DNA of 62,494 bases, counting the filler. It is 11 parts of 11 records of this genome, joined end to end, with 100 filler letters (N's around TTAATTAATTAA, not from the genome) between each part and the next. Parts side by side here need not be neighbours in the genome. Positions count along the whole stretch, not along the records: positions 45,152 to 50,478 come from SRR31147125_96891; positions 50,579 to 56,034 come from SRR31147125_96987; positions 56,135 to 62,494 come from SRR31147125_97050; 8 more parts are not named here. One strand, 5' to 3'. The position numbers and the translations under genes are program-made. A model generated the notes under the pieces. It saw only the letters and a list, made by a program, of their open reading frames with translations, made no database searches and had not been told where the DNA came from. Shown here piece after piece: positions 47,256 to 58,947 of the stretch (its first letter is position 1; each line of letters begins with the position of its first letter).

Positions 47256-47269
47256 CAAATAGGATTGTA

Positions 47270-49070
47270 TTATTCGAGCGTGGGCTCTCCCTTATTGAAT
47301 GCATACCAGATTTTCATGTTCTCCATGATGATAGCAAGAGCGATAAAACTGTTGTGTGTGAAAATAGCAACGACGAAGCCAATGTATGTGAGATTGCTCA
47401 AATCTCTCAACTGTGCCTCCTGGATTCCTTCCCATTGTTACACCTGCCTTCTGCTTTCCTTCCCCTCACCACTCGCACCTTGACACGTGTATAGGCCTCG
47501 GGCACCTTGTTGCGAATGTACCACAGCCCCAAGATTCCTGAACTGCATACAAAGAAGAGATTCGTGGATGCGAAGATCATACTGTTCCGATACTGTCGTG
47601 TGTTGATCTCTCTGAACAGGAATTTGTCATCATTGATTCCGAAGCGTAGCACAGGGCTGTATGGATGTGTGAGGGGGGGGAGAGAGAGGAGAGGGAAGAG
47701 GAAAGAGGAAAGAGGAGAAGACATACCTAACACTAAGATAGAGAAGGATGGCTGATATCTGACTCACCACCTTCCATAGGTAGAAACGCACTTGTCTCCT
47801 ATGATAGCCCGGACGATTGTTACTGTGTCCACGTTCATCAGGGATGTCTGATTCGTCAGGAAGCGGTGTAGGCGGAACGGGCGAACAGGTGCACAGATGT
47901 TTCAGTTTGTGCTTGATCCAAATACGAAAGGCAAACCAACGTCTTGTGAGAAAGAAAAGGTTGGCGAGGGTGCTTGCGGCGTTTGTGAACCATAAGATGA
48001 CAAAGGTACTTGCATCTTGAACAACAGGATAGGCAAGAACCGTGAACTTGTGCGAACACCCACCACATGAGAGAAGAAAGAAGGGCAAACATCCCCATTC
48101 ACGCACAACATCTTCAATGTTCTCAAACCAAAAGGCAGAAACAAGCATCGCCAGTTCCATGGGTAAGGGATCGGTTAGAGCAAGAGCTACCTTGCGGAAG
48201 ATGAACAAGACAATGGCAAGAAGGAGGAAGCACTCCTTGTGCAGGTCCATCCAAAGAACGATAAGCAAAAATGTATGCCGTCAAGAAGAGAATGAAGAGC
48301 CAGATCGTAAGAGTCACCTACACTCCGATTAGTTGATTGATTGATTGATGGGTCGGGATGCGGATCTCTCGTACCGCAAAGAATTCTCTCCATCGTGTAG
48401 CCTCAGGCTTGATTTGCCAATTCTCCTGGAATTGTTCCCGATGCACCAACACGAAGATCGTAAGGAACATCGCCACATACGAGGTTCCAAGTGCCGCCAG
48501 CCCATACAAGTTGAATGTCCCGTGTGTCACAACAAGGGTGCCAAACACACCCACTTGCACAGCGTACACAAACACAAGCGTTGACAAACACGCGCGAAAA
48601 GGCCGATCCACTCCCTCCAGAGTTCCAAAGAATACACTAGCCATCAGATAGGCCCCACTCACAAACACAAATGGAGAAGTCACAAAGATGAAGAGACCGG
48701 TTCCCCTATCTACCCACGAGAGCGTCAGGGATGAAGGGTTCTTCATGCATCTAGTGAGAAAGAAGGAGAAGAACGTACTCAGTCCTGTTTCACGATAGGA
48801 AGGGAGGGGCACGAGGCCGTAGAGGGCGATGATGGCCGTGTAAGGAACAAATAGAAGGGCCGGGTAAAGCCAAGGGCCAAGACGAATGAGAAACCGCCCT
48901 GCTGCATACACCACACGTCCTTGTGCCTCCTCAGTCACACGAAACCTTTGCGGAGAAGACACTCCTTGTCGGATCCCTTGCCATGTGACACTCAACCGTG
49001 CGTTCACACGTTCTTGCATGGTTTGACCCGTCTCTGCATCCTCACGTGGTCCCTCCGACCGCTCCTCCAT
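47270..49070 (-). CDS. Eukaryotic multi-pass membrane protein of unknown function, 5 predicted introns
   Basis: GT-AG introns 48710-48778, 48318-48374, 48047-48106, 47657-47724 and 47420-47478 give a continuous TM protein ending GEPTLE*; one unexplained frameshift near 48230. Confidence 0.7.
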
Positions 49071-49152
49071 GGCGGCGACTGTCTGAACGCAACTCTTCCT
49101 TCTCGATTTATGTCAGTCACCCCTTCCCTCTCAGTCGCCTGCCTCTCCCACC

Positions 49153-49626
49153 ATGCCTCAGCCCATGCCGGACTGGGGCGACAATGAGAGACGTCTTGTC
49201 TTCGATGAACAAACAGGACAACTTGTGGAGGTGGTTGTTGAAGTTGGACAGCGCCATCACGCGTTCGTCCGCCCCAGTCGTCATGTCTCCTTGAAAGAAT
49301 TGAATCAGGCATACTTGAAGGTTCCAGACGACGGCCCTGGCGAGATCGTCTTCCTCACAGTGACCTTCCTGCAGGTCATCGTCGCCTCGGTGTTGAGTAC
49401 CAAGGACGTATCAACTCCCATTGCGACTCCCAACGGCACACTCCTTGTCGCTCCACGTTTCGTCTCCTTCCACACGCTGTTGTGTCGGTCTTCCTCATGA
49501 CCCATGCCTTCAGGTGCCGAAACCTCCACCCTCCGGCCCTGTGACGCCTACATGGTAGACGGGAAGCCTCTCCGTGTATGTCCAACGCGTTTTGTATTTG
49601 GTGTGACTGTCTTGGAGGATGTGTGA
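49153..49626 (+). CDS. Small eukaryotic hypothetical protein (about 138 aa), intron 49457-49513
   Basis: Removing a 57-nt GT-AG intron removes the stop and continues to ...FVFGVTVLEDV*. Confidence 0.5.
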
Positions 49627-49701
49627 GGCGACGCCACTCTCCTCCCCCCTCCCCCTCTCTCCACCCTATGGGCCAGTAGCCCTAGGGGCCCTTGGTGTCT
49701 T

Positions 49702-50432
49702 ATGTCTCTTGTATTGAACAACCGACAGGCGTTCAAACGCTTTGTGCAGGCGCGTAGAGCCTCACGCCTGTCGTCCTGCACTGTTCACACCTGTCCAGGG
49801 GAACTACGTGCCCGTTGTGCTGTGTATCACATCAGATGATGCAGAAGCTGTCGCCCAATGCAATGACCTCAGCTTCACAGACCTCATGCGTCCGTTCACA
49901 GCCATCCTGCTGCGAATGGTGTGTACACGTGGTGGGGAGGGAGGGAGGGAGCTCATAAGCGTGTGGATAGTCTCCGTGCAGACGACAGAACATACATACG
50001 TCATATCGGACGTCCAGGTTGGTTGGGGATTGGGGATTGGGGTTGGTGTGTTGTCTCATCTCCTCCAGATTCGTCTGGCATCCCTGAAAGAGTTGACAAA
50101 ACCAAACTTTGAAGCAGCAGATGTTTATCTCTCACGATTGGTGGGTGGGGGTGGGGGTGGGTGGGTGCGATTGAGTTCCTCACAACGTTCAGGTGAGCCA
50201 ATCGATCCGATCAAAGGATTTGACTCATCCATCCCCCGGACTTTGTACACGGAAAGAAGTTTTGGAATCTTTCAGGGGTATGTCGGATGGATCTGAGAAA
50301 GAGAAACGACAACGCATTGAGGAGACGGAACAGCACTGGACGACCCAACACCTTGGTACACCCTCTACCGTCAGATCTTCATGCGTACCCTTCGTTTCTC
50401 CGACCATGAATTCTTCGATCATCCAGTTGCTT
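49702..50432 (+). CDS. TRAPPC8: TRAPP III subunit TRAPPC8/Trs85 N-terminus, 3'-truncated, multiple introns
   Basis: Spliced product: FKRFVQGNYVPVVLCITSDDAEAVAQCNDLSFTDLMRPF...TPWYTLYRQIFMRTLRFSDHEFFDHPVA; introns 49750-49798, about 49920-49970, 50018-50068, 50141-50192, 50278-50333. Confidence 0.8.
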
Positions 50433-50578
50433 GTATCCTCTGGTGATGATGATGATGATGATGATGGCAGTGTCTCCCNNNNNNNNNNNNNNNNNNNNNN
50501 NNNNNNNNNNNNNNNNNNNNNNTTAATTAATTAANNNNNNNNNNNNNNNNNNNNNNNNNNNNNNNNNNNNNNNNNNNN

Positions 50579-53500
50579 CATGCTCCTGTTCGAATTGAAA
50601 TAGGTCATGCAGCGTGCGCAGGGTCGTGTTGTTACACAGCTAGCTACACGCACGGAAGTAGGTACTCCTGAATGGTCTGTCGATTGGCTTGACAAAATGA
50701 TACAAGAATCCGCTCAAAGGCTATGCGGATGCTGGTTTGATTGATTTGTTCAATCGCAGACCACAGCCGTGACCCCATTTCCGCGGCCACAGATGCTATC
50801 GGAAAGTAACGGGCCAGAGCATACAGAGCTTGCACAAGACGAATCTGGTAACAAAGTAGGAGAGAGAGAAAAAGGAAGAGACAAGTGTCTACTATCACCT
50901 TTGTTTTGTGAACCTTTCCGTAGGGAACATAGGACCGGGGAGTGGTGTCCCACTTGTCACAAATATCCAGGAGACCGGAAATCAATCCGCGAACAGTGTC
51001 CGGAAGGGATGACTGTCCCATGTGTTTCGGGTCCAAACCCGAAACATAGGACAGAACATAGGCACGGGCGAGAAACGGGGGCTTCTCAGCTACTATGCAC
51101 ATTCCTAAATCGTCGCTTTCTCTGGATGAACCCCGATTCCAATCAGTGGGACACAACACGGCCCGAGGCGCACGTACAAAACACTCTTCAGTTCTGCGCC
51201 CGTTTCCATCACATCGGCCAGAGAATCCGTTTCCGTTTCCTCCCCATCCATGTTGCCGAATAGCAACAAATCAACCTGTCGTCCAAGTGAGCAAGAACAA
51301 GACTCGAGGCGTACGCCTACCATGAGCGAAACATAGTGGGACGTCAGGTTGGGGCGTGCAGACCACATTCGACAAAGATGAAACGCAAGAAGGGTAGCAA
51401 TCCGTGGATATCGATGCCCTTGTGCTAGGAGGTTTTGGTAGCACTTGTGTATTAACGAACGGGTGCGTGAGATGCGATCCGCCTCCGGCCTCCTTCTCCT
51501 CCTCCACACACGACGGACCTCTTGCAAAGGCCCACCAATGACGTGAAGCTCCTCAATGTCCCACAGTGTCTCATGGCAGGCGAGGGAGCACACCGCACGA
51601 ATAGCCTCGGGTGGGGGTATTTTTGTGTCAAATCGAAGAAGGATGCGATGGCACTGCTGACAAGATTGCGAAGCTGTACACAGGGAATGTGAGAAAACAG
51701 ACGCAAGGAGGGCAAACGTGCCTGACGAGCGGCCGCGCCACTGGGCTGAAGAAGGATCGCACTCGAAAGGAGTTTGGAGGCACATGTGGCCACATGCACA
51801 TAGTAATCACCCGTCGAGCTGCCAAGTGCTTCCGTACACGTTTCGAAGAGATCACGAGCCATAGGCCCGGAAAGGCTCAGAGTTGGGAGGCCACAAAGCA
51901 AGAGGTGAACGGCGTTCCACTTGCACGCCAGAAATGCCCGAGCGATACATTTCCACGTCTTGCTACACACACAAACCTTTCGCTCAGGCCCAGAAGGCAG
52001 AGGTCGTTCGTACCTCTCCCAGAGAAACGTGCCATCCGTGGCAACCGGGGAGGAACCAAGACTACTGTTGGCAGCCGCAAGGGCAAGAGACCCCACACAC
52101 TCGGTATCGTGGGTGGAAACTGCCATATAGGGTGCTAGCGTACGCAATGCAGAGACTAGAGCCGCCTTTTCAAAGTCTGCAAGAATTCAGGGCAGAGATC
52201 GTATACGCATCCTCCACTCTTCTACGGACCACGAACACGGCTCGATGGAGCCAGAATAGATTGAGCAAGACCCATGAAAAAACGACGGAATGTTTGAAGT
52301 GTTTCGGAACCGGAAGGAGTACCCCCGCGACACGAAGACACTGGCCCATACAGGTCACACACACTTGCACACTTTGAGTATTCCACTCGGCTTGTAGACT
52401 GGTTCCATGGTGTGATGCGGTAGAACAAAAAGTCACAGCCGCCGTACCGTTCTTCCATGGCTGCCTGAGGTTGGTCGGCCCCCCGACACAGGGATTCCAA
52501 GCGACGAGTGGAGAAGGAGCAGAGTTCAGGCATATGTTCGGTCATTCCCCTTTGAAGCCGTTCGCCCAGCCCTACCGCGCGCTGTGTCACGTCCGCTCTC
52601 AGATCCTCGTACTCTCACACCTTCAAGGGTCCAGAGGTTGTCTGTGAGGAAACCTGCCAAAAGAAGAAGGGCTTTTTCGGGTGTACCCCGAGCCATATAC
52701 GGATTGCTGGCGGACACACAATGGGCGGACTGAAGGAAAGAAGAACAATCTCCGAATCGCCGACACACCTGAAGATCCGACCCAAAACACCAAAGACCTC
52801 GTCCAAAATATGATTTTGCCATGTGGAATTCTCAATAAGTGAGAGCACAAGAGAGAGACGGGATGCAGTGCTGTCCATTTGATCGAAATCTGCAAAGAAT
52901 TGGATGAGAGAAAGGGGTCGGGTGCCAGCCACAAGAGACCTGGAAGATCAGCGGAGGGAGCGAGGAACGTTACTGCGTCATGCAACACTTCCTCGTGGAG
53001 AATCCACCCCAGTGTCTCTGCATGGGCAACGTGATCGCGCAAGAGACGCCAATGGACTCCACCTATCGCCAAGAAGGAGCGTGGAAACGCAGCAAGGACG
53101 TCCGTCAGCTCCGAGTAGAGAGTCGTATGCATATCGGCAAATTGAAGCAGAATTCTGAAGAGGATATCCAACGATCTCTCCCGAATAAGAGGCGGAGAGC
53201 TGATGACCCATCTGTGTCAGGTGAACGCCCCACGGAAAAAGGCACGTACTGTTTCACGTTTACTTCAATGAGGCGTCGAATGATGGGAAGCTTTCCACAC
53301 GGCAACACCAGCTCGCGGGGAAATCGCAATGCAGCCTCAAGTTGTGCAACGAGTGCCGAGTGAGTGTACGTGTTCTGATGGACAGTCTCGAGGAACTCAT
53401 ACACAAACGCCTCCTAGGGAAGAGAGGGAGGTGGTGGGAATGTGTTGGGGGTGATGACACACACAAAGTACCTTTTCTGCGAGGGACGGAAGTTGTTCTA

Positions 53501-55989
53501 CAAATGTTGCCAGGAACTCGTGCAGTCGCTCAATGAAGCGGCGCTTTTCGTGGACCCCAAACTCGCGACGACGGTACCAAATGGATCCCTTGATCTCCGG
53601 TATTAGTAAATCTGTGTGTGTATAAGCAAGTATACCCGACAGAGGCCGACACACACCAAGCACAAGACGGGTCGGAACAGTACGCCCATCAGACTTTGAA
53701 TAAACGTCCAGAATAGAAAGCACAACAAGTTTCTTCACTCGAGTGTTCGCATGGGCAAAGGCGCGTTGAAACAATATGAACACCCATGATGCATCCAGGT
53801 GTATTGCAGAGGTTTCCTCGCTTTGTGTGACAGAAGGGATTCGTGGGCAAATGCCGTAGACCTGTGGCCACAGTTCCTGGATGATGAAGGACTCATTAGA
53901 AGCGAAAAGAGCAGCCACACACGCACCGTGATGAGATGGAGTTGGAAATTGAATTCAAGTGTCTCATAGAGCAGAAAGAAAATATCCCACTCTCGTTGCA
54001 GGCCTGTATGATTCGAGAGATCGGGTACCAACCACCTGACACACAAAAAGGTCAGAAACCATCGCCCCATACACCTACGCACATGGGTCTGTCCGGGTAC
54101 AACTCTGCTCCGGGCGCCAGCGGTGTTTGCAAAGCGGTTCGTAGTAAATGGACACAACGCTTCCGAACCAACGCCTCGGAATCAATCAGACCAGCCTATA
54201 CTTGGGGGTGTTAGAACCGCTGCACGGCCCAAGGGGCCGAGGCACCTGAATCATTTCCCAAAATGCAGGTTCTAATCGGAGATCGTCTCGAGGTCTTGCG
54301 CTGTGAACAAGGCCCAAGTGAAGTGGAGTGAACATACAAAGAAGAGCCAGGCCGTCATCTCGTGCCCTTCCACCCTCTTTCCACAGATCTCGAGCCCTAA
54401 GATGCAACTCTCCCAATGCATGCTAGGGATACGTGTAAGGAGCGGACGGCAAACGACACCCACAATGCTCACATGCAAGAATTCCGTCCGTGAAGCTGAA
54501 ACAACGCACGTTTCGTCATGTTCAGGGAACAAGGCTGGCAAAAGCATCCCAATTGCCACGCGTCGCAGGACAACCTCGTGAGAGGAGAGGAGCTGCATAC
54601 TGACACCGAAAAGCTCAGATACAAAGGTAGTGAAGAGCTGTGTCACAAAGGATCAATCAAATCGGCCGGTAAGGGAACACGCTTGACACCAAACCTCATC
54701 ACTTGGCACTCCGTCACGAAACACCCCTGACACAAACTGTGCGACAACGCGAAACAACGGTTCATGATGGAGTGTCGGTGCACGATGTGAGACGTCCACG
54801 ACGAATCGGAGGACAGACTCGGCCTGCGAAGAATTCCGCCCTTCTCGGACGAAACGCACAAGAAATGTCCGCACTAACCAGTCGAGATCATACATACATA
54901 CACGGTGAATTCACTGCTGCCGCACCATATGCGTGTGCGGGATGCGTGTGTCGAAGAAACAAGGGGAGCGCTAGCTCCTCAACTATGCGGCGCTTCCCAC
55001 ATTGTGTGAACGAAGGAGTGCTCCAACCCACCCCACCCCCCCACACACACCACACGCACCTGTATCGATGTATCCTTCTCATCAGCAAGAAGATGAAGCA
55101 CAAATTGCACAAGAAACGCATGCCAAGCATCATCGTTGTCATCGTTGTCATCGTTGTCGTCGTTGGCACTTGGTCTCACTTTCACGGCAAGTATTGTGCA
55201 CACTGTATCCAGCACTGAGTTTCGATCCACAGGCAGAACCTGCATAGAGGTGTGAGGGTGTGTGTGAGTGTGTACACTCTTCTCAGCAAACCTCAGTAAG
55301 CGCTTCGAGTACAATGGAGACGGCACTTGATTGTTGAGGATGTCGCAGGACAGATTGCCACACACGACGGAGGTGGTTCAACACGAAATCACTCCCACTC
55401 ATCACGGAAAAGGGAGTGTCCATCCCTCATTCCCGCAATCTCTTATCATCCGCCCATCTGGTGTCGCCCATGGGGCATCGTGCGACACACACTTCAGCCA
55501 TATCAGGGGTTTCGCACGCTCCATCGCCCCCAACGGGTGACGCGAGGCCCTATATTGGAACCTTTCGCGGACTCTTCGAGTATTTGGAGTCAAATGAGCT
55601 TCGAGAGTGTTCAGCTGAGCACATGGTGAGTCACTGCTGCAGTCCAGTGGAGGAAGAAAGGTCTGACTCTATCACCAAGGCCACCGTGTTGGAACGCTTT
55701 CATAGTCGTCTGCTGGCAACACTCTCCACGTTTCGTCCACCCTCCGATGCGTCTCAGCGCAAGTTGGACGAGCAACTCGCAACAGCACCTGCTCAGCGAC
55801 GTACAGAAGTGAAGAAGTTGTCTACACTGATGGCACGTTCTCGTTTGTGTTTGGGGTGTAGGTCCTAACTACGGGAACCAGCAACTCGATGAGCTCCAAT
55901 CTCTAGAAATGCTCTTGCACTACTTGGAGAGAGGACCCAGGAAACACAGCCAATATGATCCGGCTCTTTACGAGGAGGTGCGAACCTGC
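50579..55989 (-). CDS. TARBP1/Trm3-like tRNA G18 2'-O-methyltransferase, helical N-terminal region, many introns; SpoU domain not in the window; the upstream exon structure is uncertain
   Basis: Spliced motifs DLRLEPAFWEMIQAGLIDSEALVRKRCVHLL, WDIFFLLYETLE..QLHLI, WVFILFQRAFAHANTRVKK, NQTSIRIAFE. Confidence 0.7.
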
Positions 55990-56005
55990 TTACGCACGCA
56001 GATGC

Positions 56006-56034
56006 ACACACACACACAAACACACACACAAACA
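56006..56034. repeat. (CA)n microsatellite at contig end; a (GAT)n tract also lies at 50445-50465
   Basis: Seen directly; both are at eukaryotic contig ends and appear intronic. Confidence 0.85.
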
Positions 56035-56134
56035 NNNNNNNNNNNNNNNNNNNNNNNNNNNNNNNNNNNNNNNNNNNNTTAATTAATTAANNNNNNNNNN
56101 NNNNNNNNNNNNNNNNNNNNNNNNNNNNNNNNNN

Positions 56135-56520
56135 GGATATCCATAGAAGCCATCAAACAGATTGGGAAGACAATCCCAACACTTGGGGTGTGCCTCGGGC
56201 ACCAGGCGATCGGCGCGGCGTTTGGCGGAAAAATCGTGCATGCAAAGCAATTAATCCACGGTAAAGCGCATGAGATTAATGTGATTGGTGGCGAAGTGTT
56301 TGGAGGCGTTCCGCATCGTATGCGTGCCGGCAGATATCATTCGCTGGTGGTAGAGAGAGGTTCTCTACCTGAGCAGCTGCGTATAACAGCAGAGGCTGCT
56401 GATGGCGAAATCATGGCGATGGAGCATAAAGTACTTCCGATTTTTGGATTGCAGTTTCATCCCGAATCGATACTAACGCCGGTCGGTAAGCGGATATTGC
56501 AAAACTTTTTAAGCATATAG
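56135..56520 (+). CDS. trpG: Anthranilate synthase component II, 5'-truncated
   Basis: LGVCLGHQ, RYHSL, QFHPES. Confidence 0.93.
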
Positions 56521-56530
56521 GAGAAGATAT

Positions 56531-57547
56531 ATGATTGAGCAAGCAATTAAAACAGTATTAGCGCATCAGGACTTGGCGAAGGAACAAGCGGCTCTCACAA
56601 TGAACGACATACTGAGTGGAGACGCGACGCCAGCACAGGTCGGAGGGCTGCTGACTGCGCTGCGAATGAAGGGAGAAACAGTAGAGGAAATTATTGGGTT
56701 CGCACAAGCTATGCGCGAGAAATCGGTGAGAATTTCACCATCGGTTACGCCGCTGATCGATACGTGTGGTACAGGCGGGGATGCGAGAGGTACGTTCAAT
56801 ATCTCTACTGCTGCGGCGTTAGTTGTGAGCGCTGCGGGGATTGCAGTAGCAAAACACGGCAATCGGTCTATGAGCAGCAAGTGCGGAAGTGCGGATGTGT
56901 TGGAGGCGCTTGGTGTTAGAATCGATATCACACCCGACGTGGTGCAACGATGCATTGATGAAGTTGGCATCGGATTTATGTTTGCGCAGAAGCATCATCA
57001 GGCGATGAAGTACGCAGCCGCACCGAGGAGAGAACTGGGTGTGCGGACAGTATTTAACGTGCTGGGGCCGTTGACTAATCCGGCGTCCGCATCGTATCAG
57101 CTGCTTGGTGTATTTGATGCCGATTTGACGCAGCCGTTGGCGAATGTGCTGCGAGGTCTTGGTACAAAACGTGCGATGGTCGTACATGGTACGGACGGTC
57201 TTGATGAGATTACAACCACGAGCGAAACGAAGGTGTCTGAACTGATTGACAGCGAAGTTAAAAATTATACGATTACCCCCGAGCAGTTTGGACTGCGACG
57301 CGCTAAGCCTGAGTCACTCTTAGGCGGAGACAGCGACGAGAACGCACAGATCGTACGAGATATACTGAGCGGAAAGAAGGGCGAAAAGAGCGATATCGTC
57401 GCGCTCAACGCTGGTGCGGCCATCTATGTATGCGGCGGCGCAGAATCAATTGCGCTAGGCGTTGAGCAGGCGCAGCAGATATTGGCGCAAGGTCTTGCGG
57501 CGAAAAAGCTGGAAGAGCTCGTACGCATGACAAACGCGAATGCGTAG
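56531..57547 (+). CDS. trpD: Anthranilate phosphoribosyltransferase
   Basis: DTCGTGGD, FNIST, KHGNRS, GSADVLE. Confidence 0.96.
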   Translation: MIEQAIKTVLAHQDLAKEQAALTMNDILSGDATPAQVGGLLTALRMKGETVEEIIGFAQAMREKSVRISPSVTPLIDTCGTGGDARGTFNISTAAALVVSAAGIAVAKHGNRSMSSKCGSADVLEALGVRIDITPDVVQRCIDEVGIGFMFAQKHHQAMKYAAAPRRELGVRTVFNVLGPLTNPASASYQLLGVFDADLTQPLANVLRGLGTKRAMVVHGTDGLDEITTTSETKVSELIDSEVKNYTITPEQFGLRRAKPESLLGGDSDENAQIVRDILSGKKGEKSDIVALNAGAAIYVCGGAESIALGVEQAQQILAQGLAAKKLEELVRMTNANA

Positions 57548-57559
57548 AAAGGGCAAACG

Positions 57560-58348
57560 ATGATATTGGAAGAAATCGTAGCGGCGAAGCGTATTCGACT
57601 GGAAGAACAAAAAAAACTGCTGCCGCTTGAAAAGCTGATCGAGCGTGTTGCGGCAAAGCCTAAAACGAACGAAGGGCGATTTAAGGAAGCGCTTCGAAAG
57701 ACCGGGCTTAGTGTGATTGCGGAGGTGAAAAAGGCGTCGCCCAGCAAAGGTGTGATTTGCGAAGATTTTCAGCCTGTTCAAATTGCACATCAATATGAAG
57801 AGGTAGGCGCGGACGCGGTTTCGGTGCTGACGGAGGAAGATTATTTTCTAGGCAGAGGCGAATACTTAACGAGTATAAGTGAAGAGGTGTCCGTTCCGTT
57901 GCTTCGCAAGGATTTCATCGTAGATATATGGCAGGTTTATGAAGCGTGTCAAATTGGAGCAAACGCGATACTGCTGATTGCAGCTATCTTGTCTGTAGAG
58001 CAACTGAAGGATTTTCGCGAAACGGCGAATTCACTCGGCATGGATGCACTTGTTGAGGCGCACAACGAAGAAGAAATGGAAAAAGCGCTTGCTTCGGGAG
58101 GAGAGATTATCGGAATCAACAACCGCAATCTCAAAACGTTTGACGTTTCGCTTGAGACAACGGAAAAACTAATCAAGATGATTCCGTCAGGAAAAGTCAT
58201 AGTAAGTGAGAGCGGAATTATGAATGCGGATGACGCTCTCTTTGTTGCGGAAGCCGGGGCAGATGCTGTGTTGGTCGGCGAATCGCTGATGCGCGCGCAA
58301 AACGTAAGAAAACAGCTTAGTGCGATCAAAACAGCTGGAGCAAAATGA
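57560..58348 (+). CDS. trpC: Indole-3-glycerol phosphate synthase
   Basis: IAEVKKASPSKG, LRKDF, GINNRNL, SESGI. Confidence 0.96.
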   Translation: MILEEIVAAKRIRLEEQKKLLPLEKLIERVAAKPKTNEGRFKEALRKTGLSVIAEVKKASPSKGVICEDFQPVQIAHQYEEVGADAVSVLTEEDYFLGRGEYLTSISEEVSVPLLRKDFIVDIWQVYEACQIGANAILLIAAILSVEQLKDFRETANSLGMDALVEAHNEEEMEKALASGGEIIGINNRNLKTFDVSLETTEKLIKMIPSGKVIVSESGIMNADDALFVAEAGADAVLVGESLMRAQNVRKQLSAIKTAGAK

Positions 58349-58947
58349 TGACAATGGTGAAAATATGCGGCTTGATGCGCATGGAAGACGTAGAAGCGGT
58401 CAACGAATTCAAGCCTGATTATGCAGGATTCATTTTCGCACCGAGCAGGAGACAACTTTCGATTGAAGCAGCGCAGGCGCTTTGTGCGGCGCTGGATCAA
58501 AGTATACGGCGCGTAGGGGTATTTGTGAACGAAAGCCCTGAGGTGATTATGCAGACACAGCAGGCGTGCGGACTCGATGTACTGCAGCTTTATCAAGATG
58601 GAGATACGGATGCTTCGTTCAAAGGCGAGATTTGGCGAGGAATTCGCGTTCGCGATGAACAAAGCATTGCAGAAATCGAAAGGATAAGTGCGGATGCGTT
58701 TTTGCTTGACGCATACAGCAAATCGGCATACGGCGGCACGGGTGAAACATTTAACTGGGCACTGGCGAAGCGGGCGGCGGCACGGAAGAGAATTGTGCTT
58801 GCGGGAGGGCTCAAGCCGGACAACGTGCAAGAAGCGGTTCGGTCGGTTGTGCCATATGCGGTGGATGTCAGCAGCGGAGTGGAAACGGACGGAATCAAAG
58901 ACAGAGGAAAGATTCGCGATTTCATTAACAACGTAAGAGGTATATGA
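58345..58947 (+). CDS. trpF: Phosphoribosylanthranilate isomerase
   Basis: [28 protein letters not shown]. Confidence 0.95.
   Translation: MMTMVKICGLMRMEDVEAVNEFKPDYAGFIFAPSRRQLSIEAAQALCAALDQSIRRVGVFVNESPEVIMQTQQACGLDVLQLYQDGDTDASFKGEIWRGIRVRDEQSIAEIERISADAFLLDAYSKSAYGGTGETFNWALAKRAAARKRIVLAGGLKPDNVQEAVRSVVPYAVDVSSGVETDGIKDRGKIRDFINNVRGI

Noticed and set aside
50021..50046. TTGGGG repeats as a telomere
   Set aside because: Only three interrupted copies, inside a predicted intron
45152..56034. Stop-codon reassignment to explain fragmented ORFs
   Set aside because: In the regions parsed, stops fall inside GT-AG introns, and genes end in TAA or TGA. The 55400-56000 region was not fully resolved.
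57949..58830. Long antisense ORFs over trp, ara and oxidoreductase genes
   Set aside because: No recognisable motifs; expected shadow frames of well-supported genes
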